A DNA stretch of 64,000 nt. Source: Gammaproteobacteria bacterium. Lineage in GTDB: Bacteria > Pseudomonadota > Gammaproteobacteria > SZUA-229. Of this stretch, positions 1 through 8,821 are shown piece after piece (position 1 is the first letter of the stretch; each line of letters opens with the position of its first letter). The notes beneath the pieces were generated by a model that was not told where the DNA came from, did no database searches, and saw nothing but the letters and a program-made list of their open reading frames with translations. Made by a program: the position numbers and the translations under genes. The DNA lies in assembly GCA_030148865.1 (NCBI GenBank), contig JASBSR010000040.1:141145-205144 (forward strand), read 5' to 3'.

Positions 1-618
1 CCTGCTTTGCACCATGGCCATTTCGCTCGGCAATAGCAAGGGCGCGGCATCAAGGCTGTGTGGAAAGTTTTTACTCAAGGTGCGCGCCAGTTGGGGCACT
101 GCAAAAAAACTGATACCGCATTCACCCAGCTGGTGGCTGAAGCCACGCACATTGACCCCCTGCGGAACAGGGCTATCAGCAATCACCAGATCGATTCGAT
201 GCAAGGCCAGTTCGGCCAGGAGCGCGTTAATATTGTCTTCCCGACAAACGATACGCACCGGCTCCGGCAACGCTAGCGCCGGCGCGAGCAAGCGATAGGC
301 AATGGATTTTGGCACCACATCGGCCACACCCACCTTAAATACCAGCGGCCTGCCATCGGGTAAATGACGCACGACTTCTTCCAGCTCACCGCCCAGGGCA
401 AAAATTTCGTCAGCATAACTCAAGGCCAGGCGACCGGTCTGGGTCAGTTCCAGATGCCGCCCGACGCGATTAAACAGCGCTTCACCCAGATTTTCTTCCA
501 GCAGACTGAGCTGTCCGCTGATGGTTTGCGGCGTCAGATGCAGGCGCTCGCTGGCGCGGGCAATACCGCCTTCTTTTGCCACCACCCAGAAATAATGTAA
601 ATGCTTATAGTTGATCAT
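1..618 (-). CDS. nhaR: LysR-family transcriptional activator NhaR (3' part runs off the window)
   Basis: Not in the ORF track because there is no stop in the window. Manual translation from ATG 618 (alternative in-frame ATG 627) gives MINYKHLHYFWVVAKEGGIARASERLHLTPQTISGQLSLLEE...FKVGVADVVPKSIAYRLL, the NhaR-type HTH and LysR signature. Confidence 0.9.
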   Translation of the reverse strand, partial: MINYKHLHYFWVVAKEGGIARASERLHLTPQTISGQLSLLEENLGEALFNRVGRHLELTQTGRLALSYADEIFALGGELEEVVRHLPDGRPLVFKVGVADVVPKSIAYRLLAPALALPEPVRIVCREDNINALLAELALHRIDLVIADSPVPQGVNVRGFSHQLGECGISFFAVPQLARTLSKNFPHSLDAAPLLLPSEMAMVQSR

Positions 619-632
619 AGCCTGCATGTTAC

Positions 633-647
633 TTCGTTAAATACGAA
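633..647. promoter_or_regulatory. Candidate LysR/NhaR binding site
   Basis: Palindrome TTCG-TTAAATA-CGAA (fits T-N11-A) in the divergent nhaR/hpf intergenic region. Confidence 0.55.
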
Positions 648-740
648 CAATATAACAATAATAATCGACTTTTTCTTAGTTTTAAACAGGCTTAGTCTGG
701 TCATGTTTTCCTCACTTGATCCAGACAATCGGAGAAGCCT

Positions 741-1118
741 ATGCAAATCGATATCCAGGCACGTAATTTTTCCCTGACTAATGCCTTGCGCGGCCATATT
801 CAACGTCGCCTTGGCTTTGCACTGGGCAACAGAGACGATCATATTCAGCGTATCATGGTGCGATTGTCCGATATTAATGGACCACGCGGTGGCGAGGACA
901 AATGCTGCCATATTCAGGTGGTGCTACCACAACTCAGTGACGTCGTTATTGAAGATACCGAGGTGGATATAGTTACCGCCATCGACCGCGCCACTGATCG
1001 TGCTGGTCGTACTGTCGGACGCCGGCTGACGCGCCAGCGCGACAAAGCTCGCACTAACGACCGGCACGAATTGCAATCGCTGGTGATGCCCTCTGAAACT
1101 GAATCACATGAAAATTAA
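741..1118 (+). CDS. HPF/RaiA (sigma54 modulation/S30EA) family ribosome-associated protein
   Basis: MQIDIQARNFSLTNALRGHIQRRL...VRLSDINGPRGGEDKCC...AIDRA pattern; GGAG RBS upstream. Confidence 0.85.
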   Translation: MQIDIQARNFSLTNALRGHIQRRLGFALGNRDDHIQRIMVRLSDINGPRGGEDKCCHIQVVLPQLSDVVIEDTEVDIVTAIDRATDRAGRTVGRRLTRQRDKARTNDRHELQSLVMPSETESHEN

Positions 1119-1139
1119 CCTGACTAGAGAAGATCGCCA

Positions 1140-1814
1140 ATGAATACATCCATCAACCACACGATAGCCCGCGAAGCTAGCGCAATTCTGGCCAGCAACC
1201 GGGTCATCCGTAATACGTATATCCTGCTGTCGATGACCTTGCTGTTCAGTGCATTGGCTGCGGGCATTGCCATGACCCTGAATCTGCCGCATCCCGGCCT
1301 GCTGCTCACGCTCGGCGGTTATTTCGGCCTGCTGTTCGCAACCACAAAGTATCGTAACAGCAGTCTCGGCCTGGTCTGCGTATTCGCCCTGACTGGTTTC
1401 ATGGGTTACACCCTGGGGCCGATGCTGAATGCCTATCTGGCCATGGCCAACGGCGGCGAGATTGTGATGACAGCGATGGGCACTACCGGCGTAATCTTCC
1501 TTGGATTATCCGGATACGCGCTCACCAGTCGCAGAGACTTCAGCTTCATGGGCAGCTTTCTGCTGGCCGGAATTCTGCTCGCTTTCCTCGCCGGTCTTGG
1601 TGCCCTGTTTTTTGCAATACCCACGCTCTCACTGGTCGTGTCTTCGCTGTTTGTGCTGCTCATGGCTGGTCTAATCCTGTACGAGACCAGTAATATTATT
1701 CATGGTGGCGAGACCAACTACATTATGGCAACGGTGACACTGTACGTCTCCATCTTCAATTTGTTCACCAGTCTGTTACATCTACTCGGCTTCATGAATG
1801 GTGGCGATGATTAA
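1140..1814 (+). CDS. yccA: Bax inhibitor-1/YccA family membrane protein
   Basis: About seven hydrophobic segments; NRVIRNTYILLSMTLLFSA and IIHGGETNYIMATVTLYVSIFNLF motifs. Confidence 0.9.
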   Translation: MNTSINHTIAREASAILASNRVIRNTYILLSMTLLFSALAAGIAMTLNLPHPGLLLTLGGYFGLLFATTKYRNSSLGLVCVFALTGFMGYTLGPMLNAYLAMANGGEIVMTAMGTTGVIFLGLSGYALTSRRDFSFMGSFLLAGILLAFLAGLGALFFAIPTLSLVVSSLFVLLMAGLILYETSNIIHGGETNYIMATVTLYVSIFNLFTSLLHLLGFMNGGDD

Positions 1815-1968
1815 TCCCCTGTGCAATATAACACTGGCAAAACTCAGCCAGCCTCAATGGCTACGTTTTTTTACCCTGCTATTATTGCTACCAAGTGGAT
1901 CCGTGATGAACGGCCGATGACAAAACTATGCGCTCCGTAATAAAACCACAGGTAATACGAGACTGACG

Positions 1969-2709
1969 ATGAACCACAAACCCGATTCGACAATGCAAAC
2001 CGCCACCGCCCATAAGCCACGGCCGATGCTTGACCTGCTACTCAGTCTTGTGCTGCCCTCGCTCATCCTGATGAACTTCAGTGGTGATGAAAATCTCGGT
2101 GCAGAGACTGCGTTAATCGTAGCGCTGGCATTTCCACTAAGCTGGGGCCTGCTCGAATTACTGCACTATAAAAAATTCAATTTTATTGCGCTGCTGGGCT
2201 TAATCAGCGTATTACTGACTGGTGGCATCGGCCTGTTCCAGCTTGATCCACAATGGCTGGCGATCAAGGAAGCCGCTATCCCTGCACTGATTGGCATTGC
2301 AGTGCTGATTTCCACCCGCACCCCTTATCCACTGATCAGAACCCTGCTATATAACCCGGCAATTATAGATGTCGGCAAAATCAAACAGAAACTTGAGGCC
2401 CGCAACTATCGCGTCGCGTTTGAATTACGTTTACTGAACGCCACTTATCTACTGAGCGGCACCTTTCTGTTTTCAGCGACGATGAACTACATGCTGGCGA
2501 GATGGCTGGTGACCAGCCCGGCGGGCAGCGCCGCCTTCAACGAAGAACTCGGACAAATGACCCTGCTCAGTTACCCGGTGATTGCAATCCCTTCCATGCT
2601 CATGATGCTGAGTATTTTTTATTATCTGTGGCGCAGTATTCATGGCATGACCGGACTCACGCTGGTAGAAATTATGCCGACAAAACCTGACCATCATGTA
2701 TCAGATTAA
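1969..2709 (+). CDS. VC0807-like multi-pass membrane protein
   Basis: LISVLLTGGIGLFQLDPQWLAIKEAAIP and SPAGSAAFNEELGQMTLLSYPVIAIP motifs; highly hydrophobic. The start may be the ATG at 1993. Confidence 0.7.
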   Translation: MNHKPDSTMQTATAHKPRPMLDLLLSLVLPSLILMNFSGDENLGAETALIVALAFPLSWGLLELLHYKKFNFIALLGLISVLLTGGIGLFQLDPQWLAIKEAAIPALIGIAVLISTRTPYPLIRTLLYNPAIIDVGKIKQKLEARNYRVAFELRLLNATYLLSGTFLFSATMNYMLARWLVTSPAGSAAFNEELGQMTLLSYPVIAIPSMLMMLSIFYYLWRSIHGMTGLTLVEIMPTKPDHHVSD

Positions 2710-2801
2710 AAATTCACTACCAGACCTGCCCGGTTTCAACACTACTCAGCCGTGATGCATATGTAATACAAACTCGGCTCAATATTTGAGGATGAATTAT
2801 T

Positions 2802-3995
2802 ATGGCCTTAGTTAACATGCGCGATATGCTCCAGCATGCTTACCAGCATGGCTACGCAGTGGGTGCCTTCGATCTGGTCAGTCTTGAATTTCTGGAAGGC
2901 ATCATGGATGCTGCCGAACGCTGCCATGCCCCGGTGATATTGAGTCTGGCAGAATCACATTTCGAATATTTTGATTTTGAACTGATCATGCCCGCAGTGG
3001 AAGCTGCCGCATTGCGCGCCTCGGTGCCGGTGGCTATTCATCTGGACCATGGTGAGAGTTTTGAATCGGCGCTACGCGGCATCCATCTTGGCTGCAACGG
3101 CATCATGGTCGATTCCTCACAACATACGCTCGCCGAGAACATACACATGACACGCGCCGTGGTCAACATGGCACACGCCTGTGGTGTTCCAGTCGAAGGC
3201 GAACTCGGTTATGTCCCTGGTGTTGAGGGCGAAGATGCCGAGCGCCATCCCGGCGAAATTGCCTATACCACAGTCGCCGAAGCCCACGATTATGTAACAC
3301 AGACCGCTGTCGACTTTCTCGCAGTCTCCATCGGCACGGTGCATGGTCGTATGCTGGGCGAACCCGAACTCGACTTCGAACGACTCCAGCAAATTAACGC
3401 AAGCCTGGGTATTCCACTGGTGATTCATGGCGGCACCGGGCTGAACGATGATCAATTTCGACAACTGATCGCCAGTGGTGTGAGTAAAATAAATTATTAC
3501 ACCGCGCTCGCCGACCGGGCCGGCATCCACATACGCGATAATGCTAGCAGTCACCAACAGAACGGCTACACAAGTTTAACCAAAGGCGTTAAAGCAGCGA
3601 TCAGTGCCGAAGTCGAGCGTTGCATACGCCTGTGGGGAAGCGCTGACCGTGCCGCAGCACTAATGACTCAGTGCGCGCCCTGGTCAGCAGTGGATCACCT
3701 GATTATCTACAACGTCAACAACATCAGCGAGCACGAAGTGGATGCCATCATGGCCGAAGGTCGGCGCGTACTCAGCAGCATCCCTGGTGTGCGCGAAGTG
3801 ATCACTGGCCGCGCCGTCAAACAGGATGCAAAGTATCGTTACACCTGGCTGGTACGTTTCTGTCACCCAGCAGTCATTGACAGCTATCGCGATCATCCCA
3901 GCCACGTGGCATTTGCCGATCAGTATTTCCGTCCGGTGGCGGGCGACCGTATTAGCATTGATTATGCACGAGTCTTACACAGCACTTATATTTAA
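2802..3995 (+). CDS. Class II fructose/ketose-bisphosphate aldolase with C-terminal Dabb domain
   Basis: HLDHG, GTVHG and VIHGGTG metal/substrate motifs; C-terminal ~100 aa (HLIIYN...IPGV...YRDHPSHVAF) is Dabb-like; GAGG RBS. Confidence 0.88.
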   Translation: MALVNMRDMLQHAYQHGYAVGAFDLVSLEFLEGIMDAAERCHAPVILSLAESHFEYFDFELIMPAVEAAALRASVPVAIHLDHGESFESALRGIHLGCNGIMVDSSQHTLAENIHMTRAVVNMAHACGVPVEGELGYVPGVEGEDAERHPGEIAYTTVAEAHDYVTQTAVDFLAVSIGTVHGRMLGEPELDFERLQQINASLGIPLVIHGGTGLNDDQFRQLIASGVSKINYYTALADRAGIHIRDNASSHQQNGYTSLTKGVKAAISAEVERCIRLWGSADRAAALMTQCAPWSAVDHLIIYNVNNISEHEVDAIMAEGRRVLSSIPGVREVITGRAVKQDAKYRYTWLVRFCHPAVIDSYRDHPSHVAFADQYFRPVAGDRISIDYARVLHSTYI

Positions 3996-4215
3996 ACACT
4001 GTAACTAGAGTTCAGCACATGAATCACGACTTTAAAAACATGCCCGTTCTATCTTGCCTCGACCGCCCTTGCGGGTCGCGGCTCTGTCATTAATATGGGC
4101 GTGTTGGTGACAGGCTCAGCACTGGCTGACTCAGGATCTGAGCTTGATCAAGGAATTTACAAATAGTTAACGCAGTTAAGTCGTAAACTATGGCCAGGTC
4201 TTTATTTCACTCTGT

Positions 4216-5439
4216 TCAAGATTCAGCTGACATAGAATTCAATCGGTGAGAGTGGTTTTTATAAAACCACTTCATAGCGAAAGGTGGGATAACTGTGGTA
4301 AATACAATAACAATGACTAGGCTGGCATGAATTTCGTTATCAATTACACCGCTCAATCGGCCAAGCTCTGCAAAAATTAGTCCCACTTCACCCCGAGGTA
4401 TCATCGACATACCAATCAGTAAACGTGATGACCAGCTTTCACGAATAAATAAAGCACCGAGAAGTTTGCCGGCGAATGCGGATATCAGAAGAATTAAGGA
4501 AAAACTCCAGATATCTGACGAACCCCAGTCAATTTCTCTAAAATTTATCGACAGCCCGACCACGACAAAAAAGATTGGTGTAAATAAACTGATAATTGGC
4601 TGCATCTGGCGCTCAATCGAACTGGCAAAAGTTTCGTCCGTATGTAGACTTAAACCCAATGGAAGAAAAAATCGCCGCGAAAGAGCAAGTCCAGCAGCAA
4701 ATCCTCCCAATAGTTCTGGCGCACCGACACCGTGCGCTAACCAGGCAAAAAAGAGCACGAGTGAAACTATAGTCGTTGGCAATAATCCTGGTAGCTCACT
4801 GACAGCGTAGAAACGTTTAATAATCATTGACATGATTTTCGCTAGCACAGGCGCCATCACAAAGAACACAGTAACAAACACCAGAACTCTGCCAGAGCTG
4901 GAAAGGTTAACTTCGCCAGCGGTTGAGAACTCATACAGCATGGCCAGCAACATGACACCCATCACATCATCAAGCACAGCCGCACCAAGTACAATCTGGC
5001 CTTCATGTGAGTGATTGATTCCAAGCTCTGTCAAAACACGCACTGTAATACCAATGCTGGTCGCGGTAAGCGTGCCACCGATAAACATAGATTCAATAAC
5101 GGTGAACTCAAACAACCAGTAACCGGTGGCAAATCCAAGCAGCATTGGCGCTGCAAATCCAACCAGCGCAACCATAGTCGATTTCATCCCGGTATTGAGC
5201 AATCGCTTGATATCACTCCCTATTCCGACTTCGAACAGCAATAGAATAATACCAATCTCTGCCAGCAGCCTGAACGCTTCCACCGGTTCTACCCAGCCCA
5301 GTATGCTCGGCCCTATCAGGACGCCGGCGAATAACTCACCTATAACAGATGGCGCTTTAAGACGTACCGCGATTTCAGCAAAGATTCTTGCTGTCAGTAG
5401 AATAATCAGAAGATATAAAATAAATGTGTGCGATTGCAT
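4216..5439 (-). CDS. Cation:proton antiporter (CPA2 family)
   Basis: PSVIGELFAGVLIGP, LTATSIGITVRVL, GAAVLDD and MIPRGEVGLIFA motifs; many TM helices. Confidence 0.9.
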   Translation of the reverse strand: MQSHTFILYLLIILLTARIFAEIAVRLKAPSVIGELFAGVLIGPSILGWVEPVEAFRLLAEIGIILLLFEVGIGSDIKRLLNTGMKSTMVALVGFAAPMLLGFATGYWLFEFTVIESMFIGGTLTATSIGITVRVLTELGINHSHEGQIVLGAAVLDDVMGVMLLAMLYEFSTAGEVNLSSSGRVLVFVTVFFVMAPVLAKIMSMIIKRFYAVSELPGLLPTTIVSLVLFFAWLAHGVGAPELLGGFAAGLALSRRFFLPLGLSLHTDETFASSIERQMQPIISLFTPIFFVVVGLSINFREIDWGSSDIWSFSLILLISAFAGKLLGALFIRESWSSRLLIGMSMIPRGEVGLIFAELGRLSGVIDNEIHASLVIVIVFTTVIPPFAMKWFYKNHSHRLNSMSAES

Positions 5440-5626
5440 TATATATCGTCAGCTTTGTAAACTTCGGATTCGTGTTGTTATGGTACCAGTAAATCCTCGG
5501 TAGCGAGTCATTTTCGAGCTCACCCAGTATTCTTTCACCATCGATTCGAAGGCCACACTACCATAATATATAACAGAGAAATGCTCGTTTATTATTTCGA
5601 TCAACCTCAAACTGGCGCGTTGAGCA

Positions 5627-5654
5627 TTGGGCTGCATGCCTCAGCCCAACCTGC
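5627..5654. repeat. REP-like palindrome
   Basis: Stem TTGGGCTG-CATGCCT-CAGCCCAA followed by CCTGC (minus strand GCAGGTTGGGCTGAG), resembling GTAG-type REPs. Confidence 0.45.
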
Positions 5655-5839
5655 GACTGGCTGGCGAAACACGAAAGACTGTGGGTCCCTGACAAAAACA
5701 TTCGGGAATGACGAGATTGAAATATTAGCACCCTGATAAAAACATTTGAGGCTAACACAATAAAGTCAGCATTTGCTCTGGTTTCTATCTATGACTATAA
5801 TCTTCCGTCATATTGACAGCAATTAATGAGGAGAACACC

Positions 5840-6256
5840 TTGGCATCTAATGAAGGAAGAGCCTTCTTCGCACTAAGTGGTTATCATTTTAATCCCGATG
5901 ACATCACTCGTCTGCTTGGCATCGAACCCACCTCAACCAATGCTGCCGGTGCGCACAGCGGATTGGACAGGCCCGTGATCAGTTCATGGGAATTATCGAC
6001 AGATAAAGTTATTGATGATGTGGATGTTTATAAATTGACAGAAATCATCATGAAGCAACTGGATCCGATCAAGGACAAGATTATTGAAGTATGCAAAAGC
6101 CACAATCTATCACCCAGAATGGGCGTCGTACTAACTTTATCTGTGGCTAAAGATGAAGTAAGTCCGGATGTTGGTTTTGGCGCCAGAACGATTCGTTTTC
6201 TGGCGGATATTGGCGCATTTATTAATGTGGATTACAAACTTTCTGAGCGTATCTAA
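5840..6256 (+). CDS. DUF4279-like hypothetical protein
   Basis: FALSGYHFNPDDITRLLGIEPT...FLADIGAFINVD pattern; GAGGAG RBS precedes TTG at 5840 (the ORF track starts at 5813). Confidence 0.7.
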   Translation: MASNEGRAFFALSGYHFNPDDITRLLGIEPTSTNAAGAHSGLDRPVISSWELSTDKVIDDVDVYKLTEIIMKQLDPIKDKIIEVCKSHNLSPRMGVVLTLSVAKDEVSPDVGFGARTIRFLADIGAFINVDYKLSERI

Positions 6257-6398
6257 GCTTTAGTCAATTAAAACGTGGCTGCCATTTGCTGTCAGCCGCT
6301 AGCACCAAGTGCGAGCACAACTGAATAGCACTGCTCAACTACTCAAAAATATCCCAATAGCGGCCGCGCGACCTGACAGGTGCGCGCGGCTGATTACC

Positions 6399-6560
6399 TT
6401 AAGGCTTCTTGGGGGTGCTGTAAGGCACTTCTTTCTGGAAAGATTCCCAGATAGTATCGTAGCCAACGTAGCCCTTTTCATTAGCCGCTTTTTGACGGGT
6501 GGTCAGAAAACGTGATTTGCCTTCTGGAACCTGAGGTCTGGTTTTTGGTGCATCACTCAT
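6399..6560 (-). CDS. Small hypothetical protein (53 aa)
   Basis: AGGAG RBS 8 nt before ATG 6560; MSDAPKTRPQVPEGKSRFLTTRQKAANEKGYVGYDTIWESFQKEVPYSTPKKP. Confidence 0.7.
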   Translation of the reverse strand: MSDAPKTRPQVPEGKSRFLTTRQKAANEKGYVGYDTIWESFQKEVPYSTPKKP

Positions 6561-6644
6561 TATCGTAACTCCTAAAATGGTTGAAACGGGAGGAATATAA
6601 GCATATGTCAGTCCCCCCCACTTAACTGACGTCAATAATACAAT

Positions 6645-7058
6645 CTATCGCTTGTAATGTCCCTTTTTGGGAATCACATGCCGCACACCTCCCTGGGGAT
6701 TCTCAACATCACCCTGATAGCGGGGAATGATGTGAATATGGACATGAAATATACTCTGTCCGGCTGCCGGCCCTACGTTAACGCCGATGTTATAGCCATC
6801 GGGGTTGAACTCCGCATCCAGCAGTTTGCGCTCCTCGGTGATCAGTGTCATGCAGGCATTGATCTCCTCGGGCGTCAGGTCGAAAAAGCTGGCGACATGA
6901 CGTCTGGGGATGATCAGGGTATGACCCGGGCTCACCGCATAGCTATCACGAGCGCTAAACGCAAGTTCGTTATTCAGCGACACCCCTTGCGGATCAGTAC
7001 AAAACAGGCATGGGTTATTAGGGTCTCGCTTTTTTTCCTGCTTGGCTTCTAATAACAA
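6645..7058 (-). CDS. HIT-family hydrolase
   Basis: CLFC, SPGHTLIIPRRH, DGYNIGVNVGPAAGQSIFHVHIHIIPR (HxHxHxx triad). Confidence 0.92.
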   Translation of the reverse strand: MLLEAKQEKKRDPNNPCLFCTDPQGVSLNNELAFSARDSYAVSPGHTLIIPRRHVASFFDLTPEEINACMTLITEERKLLDAEFNPDGYNIGVNVGPAAGQSIFHVHIHIIPRYQGDVENPQGGVRHVIPKKGHYKR

Positions 7059-7261
7059 ACTTCAATACCCTGAATCTAAATGCTTTATTGGTCAGAAAAA
7101 CCACGGCTGAAAACCAGCCCTGATCTGTCATTTTCACATCTTTTGCCACAAAAATATAGCTTGCATCGGGTCAATAACGGTCATGCCGAATTGAACATAG
7201 TCGATAGAAAATCCATATTTTGTGAGCGGATTTTCTGAGCAGATTTGTTCAGTCTTTGCCA

Positions 7262-8284
7262 CTAAGCTTTTTCTAGCCGTAACTGCGCCTGCTTCAGCTG
7301 CTCCTCACAATGCTTTAAACACAGTGGTTGCAGGGCATGGCGAAAACATTCGATCATTAATTCAAACTCATCGGCCACCTCCAAGGCAAGTGCGGCATCT
7401 TTTGTCAACTCGGCCAGCGCACTGCGTGCAGTAGCCTTATTGACCCTGCATAGCACTGCCAGATGAATCGGAAGCTGCTGCTCCATGCATATTGTGAATG
7501 CTGTTTCATATGATCGTATAGCTTCTTCCAGGCGATCTGCATTTTCTTCTGACTGCCCCAGATGATGCAGTACCGCACCGCGATTATTATGGGTGGCGGC
7601 TAATTCCAGTGCCGTATTATCGGCATCAAACACGGCAAGTGCATTTTTATAAGCAACGACAGATTTTTGTAAAGTACGATTACCTTTAAGCAGTTTGCCA
7701 TGCGCATGCAAAGTGGTGCCGAGCTGATGCATGGTTGCCCCCCACTCCAGGGGCATTTTTTCTCTGCTCCATACCTGCAAGGCGTCGGTATAAGCGTCAG
7801 TGGCCTGTTTCAAACATTTCGCATCACCCAGTTGCCGGCCCAGTGCCTGGTTGGCTGTGCCCAGGTTATATTGTGCAGCGGCCCATTCCATTGCCGAATC
7901 TTCCTGATTGAACACTTCAAGTGCACTGTTAAATGATTGAATCGCCTTTTCGTACAAGACTTCATCTCGCATCTGCTGCGCCAGTGCCGCAAGAATATTG
8001 CCAAGACTATTCTGAGTCTCAGCCCAGACTAAGGGCCTCTGTTCGCGACATGCATCGGTCAGCGATTGTTCAAGTGCTTCACGGGCACTTTCAAGAATAT
8101 TGGAACTGAAACGGTGTTGCTCATAGTTCCCACGGGTATGAAGAAAATTATCAGCGGCGGTTACCTGGGTATCCGGCGCAGCAGCTGCGGCCAGCTCTTC
8201 ACCCAGCATGCCGATAGAATTCGCGATTGCAAGCTCCAGGGCCTTATTGTCCGGATAAAACAGGTACGTATTTGCGAATTTCAT
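7262..8284 (-). CDS. Tetratricopeptide-repeat protein
   Basis: Periodic WAETQNSLG / WAAAQYNLG / WGATMHQLG / LAATHNNRG helical repeats; abuts the stop of the upstream PPIase gene. Confidence 0.8.
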   Translation of the reverse strand: MKFANTYLFYPDNKALELAIANSIGMLGEELAAAAAPDTQVTAADNFLHTRGNYEQHRFSSNILESAREALEQSLTDACREQRPLVWAETQNSLGNILAALAQQMRDEVLYEKAIQSFNSALEVFNQEDSAMEWAAAQYNLGTANQALGRQLGDAKCLKQATDAYTDALQVWSREKMPLEWGATMHQLGTTLHAHGKLLKGNRTLQKSVVAYKNALAVFDADNTALELAATHNNRGAVLHHLGQSEENADRLEEAIRSYETAFTICMEQQLPIHLAVLCRVNKATARSALAELTKDAALALEVADEFELMIECFRHALQPLCLKHCEEQLKQAQLRLEKA

Positions 8285-8791
8285 TTAGGTTCGGCTAAGA
8301 ATTTCATTGAGGTCAGGGTCGGCACCAACTGCTCCGCCAAGGTCGAGTTCTTCATCACTAGCATCACGTATAGTCAGAACTTCCACCATAAAAGTGACTT
8401 CTCTACCACACAGCGGATTATTTCCATCGACGGTTAATGTTTTGTCATCAAAACGAGTGACGATAAAATTTCTCGGCTCACCCTTTTCATTTTCCATGGT
8501 GATGGTCATACCGATTTCCCGATATTCCTCCGGGACATTTTCGATATGATCGGTAAACACCAGCGATTCGTCTCTCTCGCCATATAACAGCTTAGTGTCA
8601 ACTGGCACTTCGATGATATCACCGACTTTTTTGCCATCCAGATATTTTGTCACATCTTCAGACAGAACATCATTCACACCATGGACATAACCCAGAGGAT
8701 AATCAACCGTCACAAGTACGTCACCAGTTTTATTATCGACGACCCTGTAATTAAGTTCAACGAATTTTTCGTTTTGTATTGTATCTGACAT
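8285..8791 (-). CDS. FKBP-type peptidyl-prolyl isomerase, SlyD-like, lacking the His-rich tail
   Basis: VELNY...PLGYVHG...YGERDESLV...VDGNNPLCGREVTFMVEVLTIRDASDEEL matches the SlyD FKBP+IF architecture. Confidence 0.85.
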   Translation of the reverse strand: MSDTIQNEKFVELNYRVVDNKTGDVLVTVDYPLGYVHGVNDVLSEDVTKYLDGKKVGDIIEVPVDTKLLYGERDESLVFTDHIENVPEEYREIGMTITMENEKGEPRNFIVTRFDDKTLTVDGNNPLCGREVTFMVEVLTIRDASDEELDLGGAVGADPDLNEILSRT

Positions 8792-8821
8792 AACTAAAAA
8801 AGCCTGTTATATAGCGCTGCC

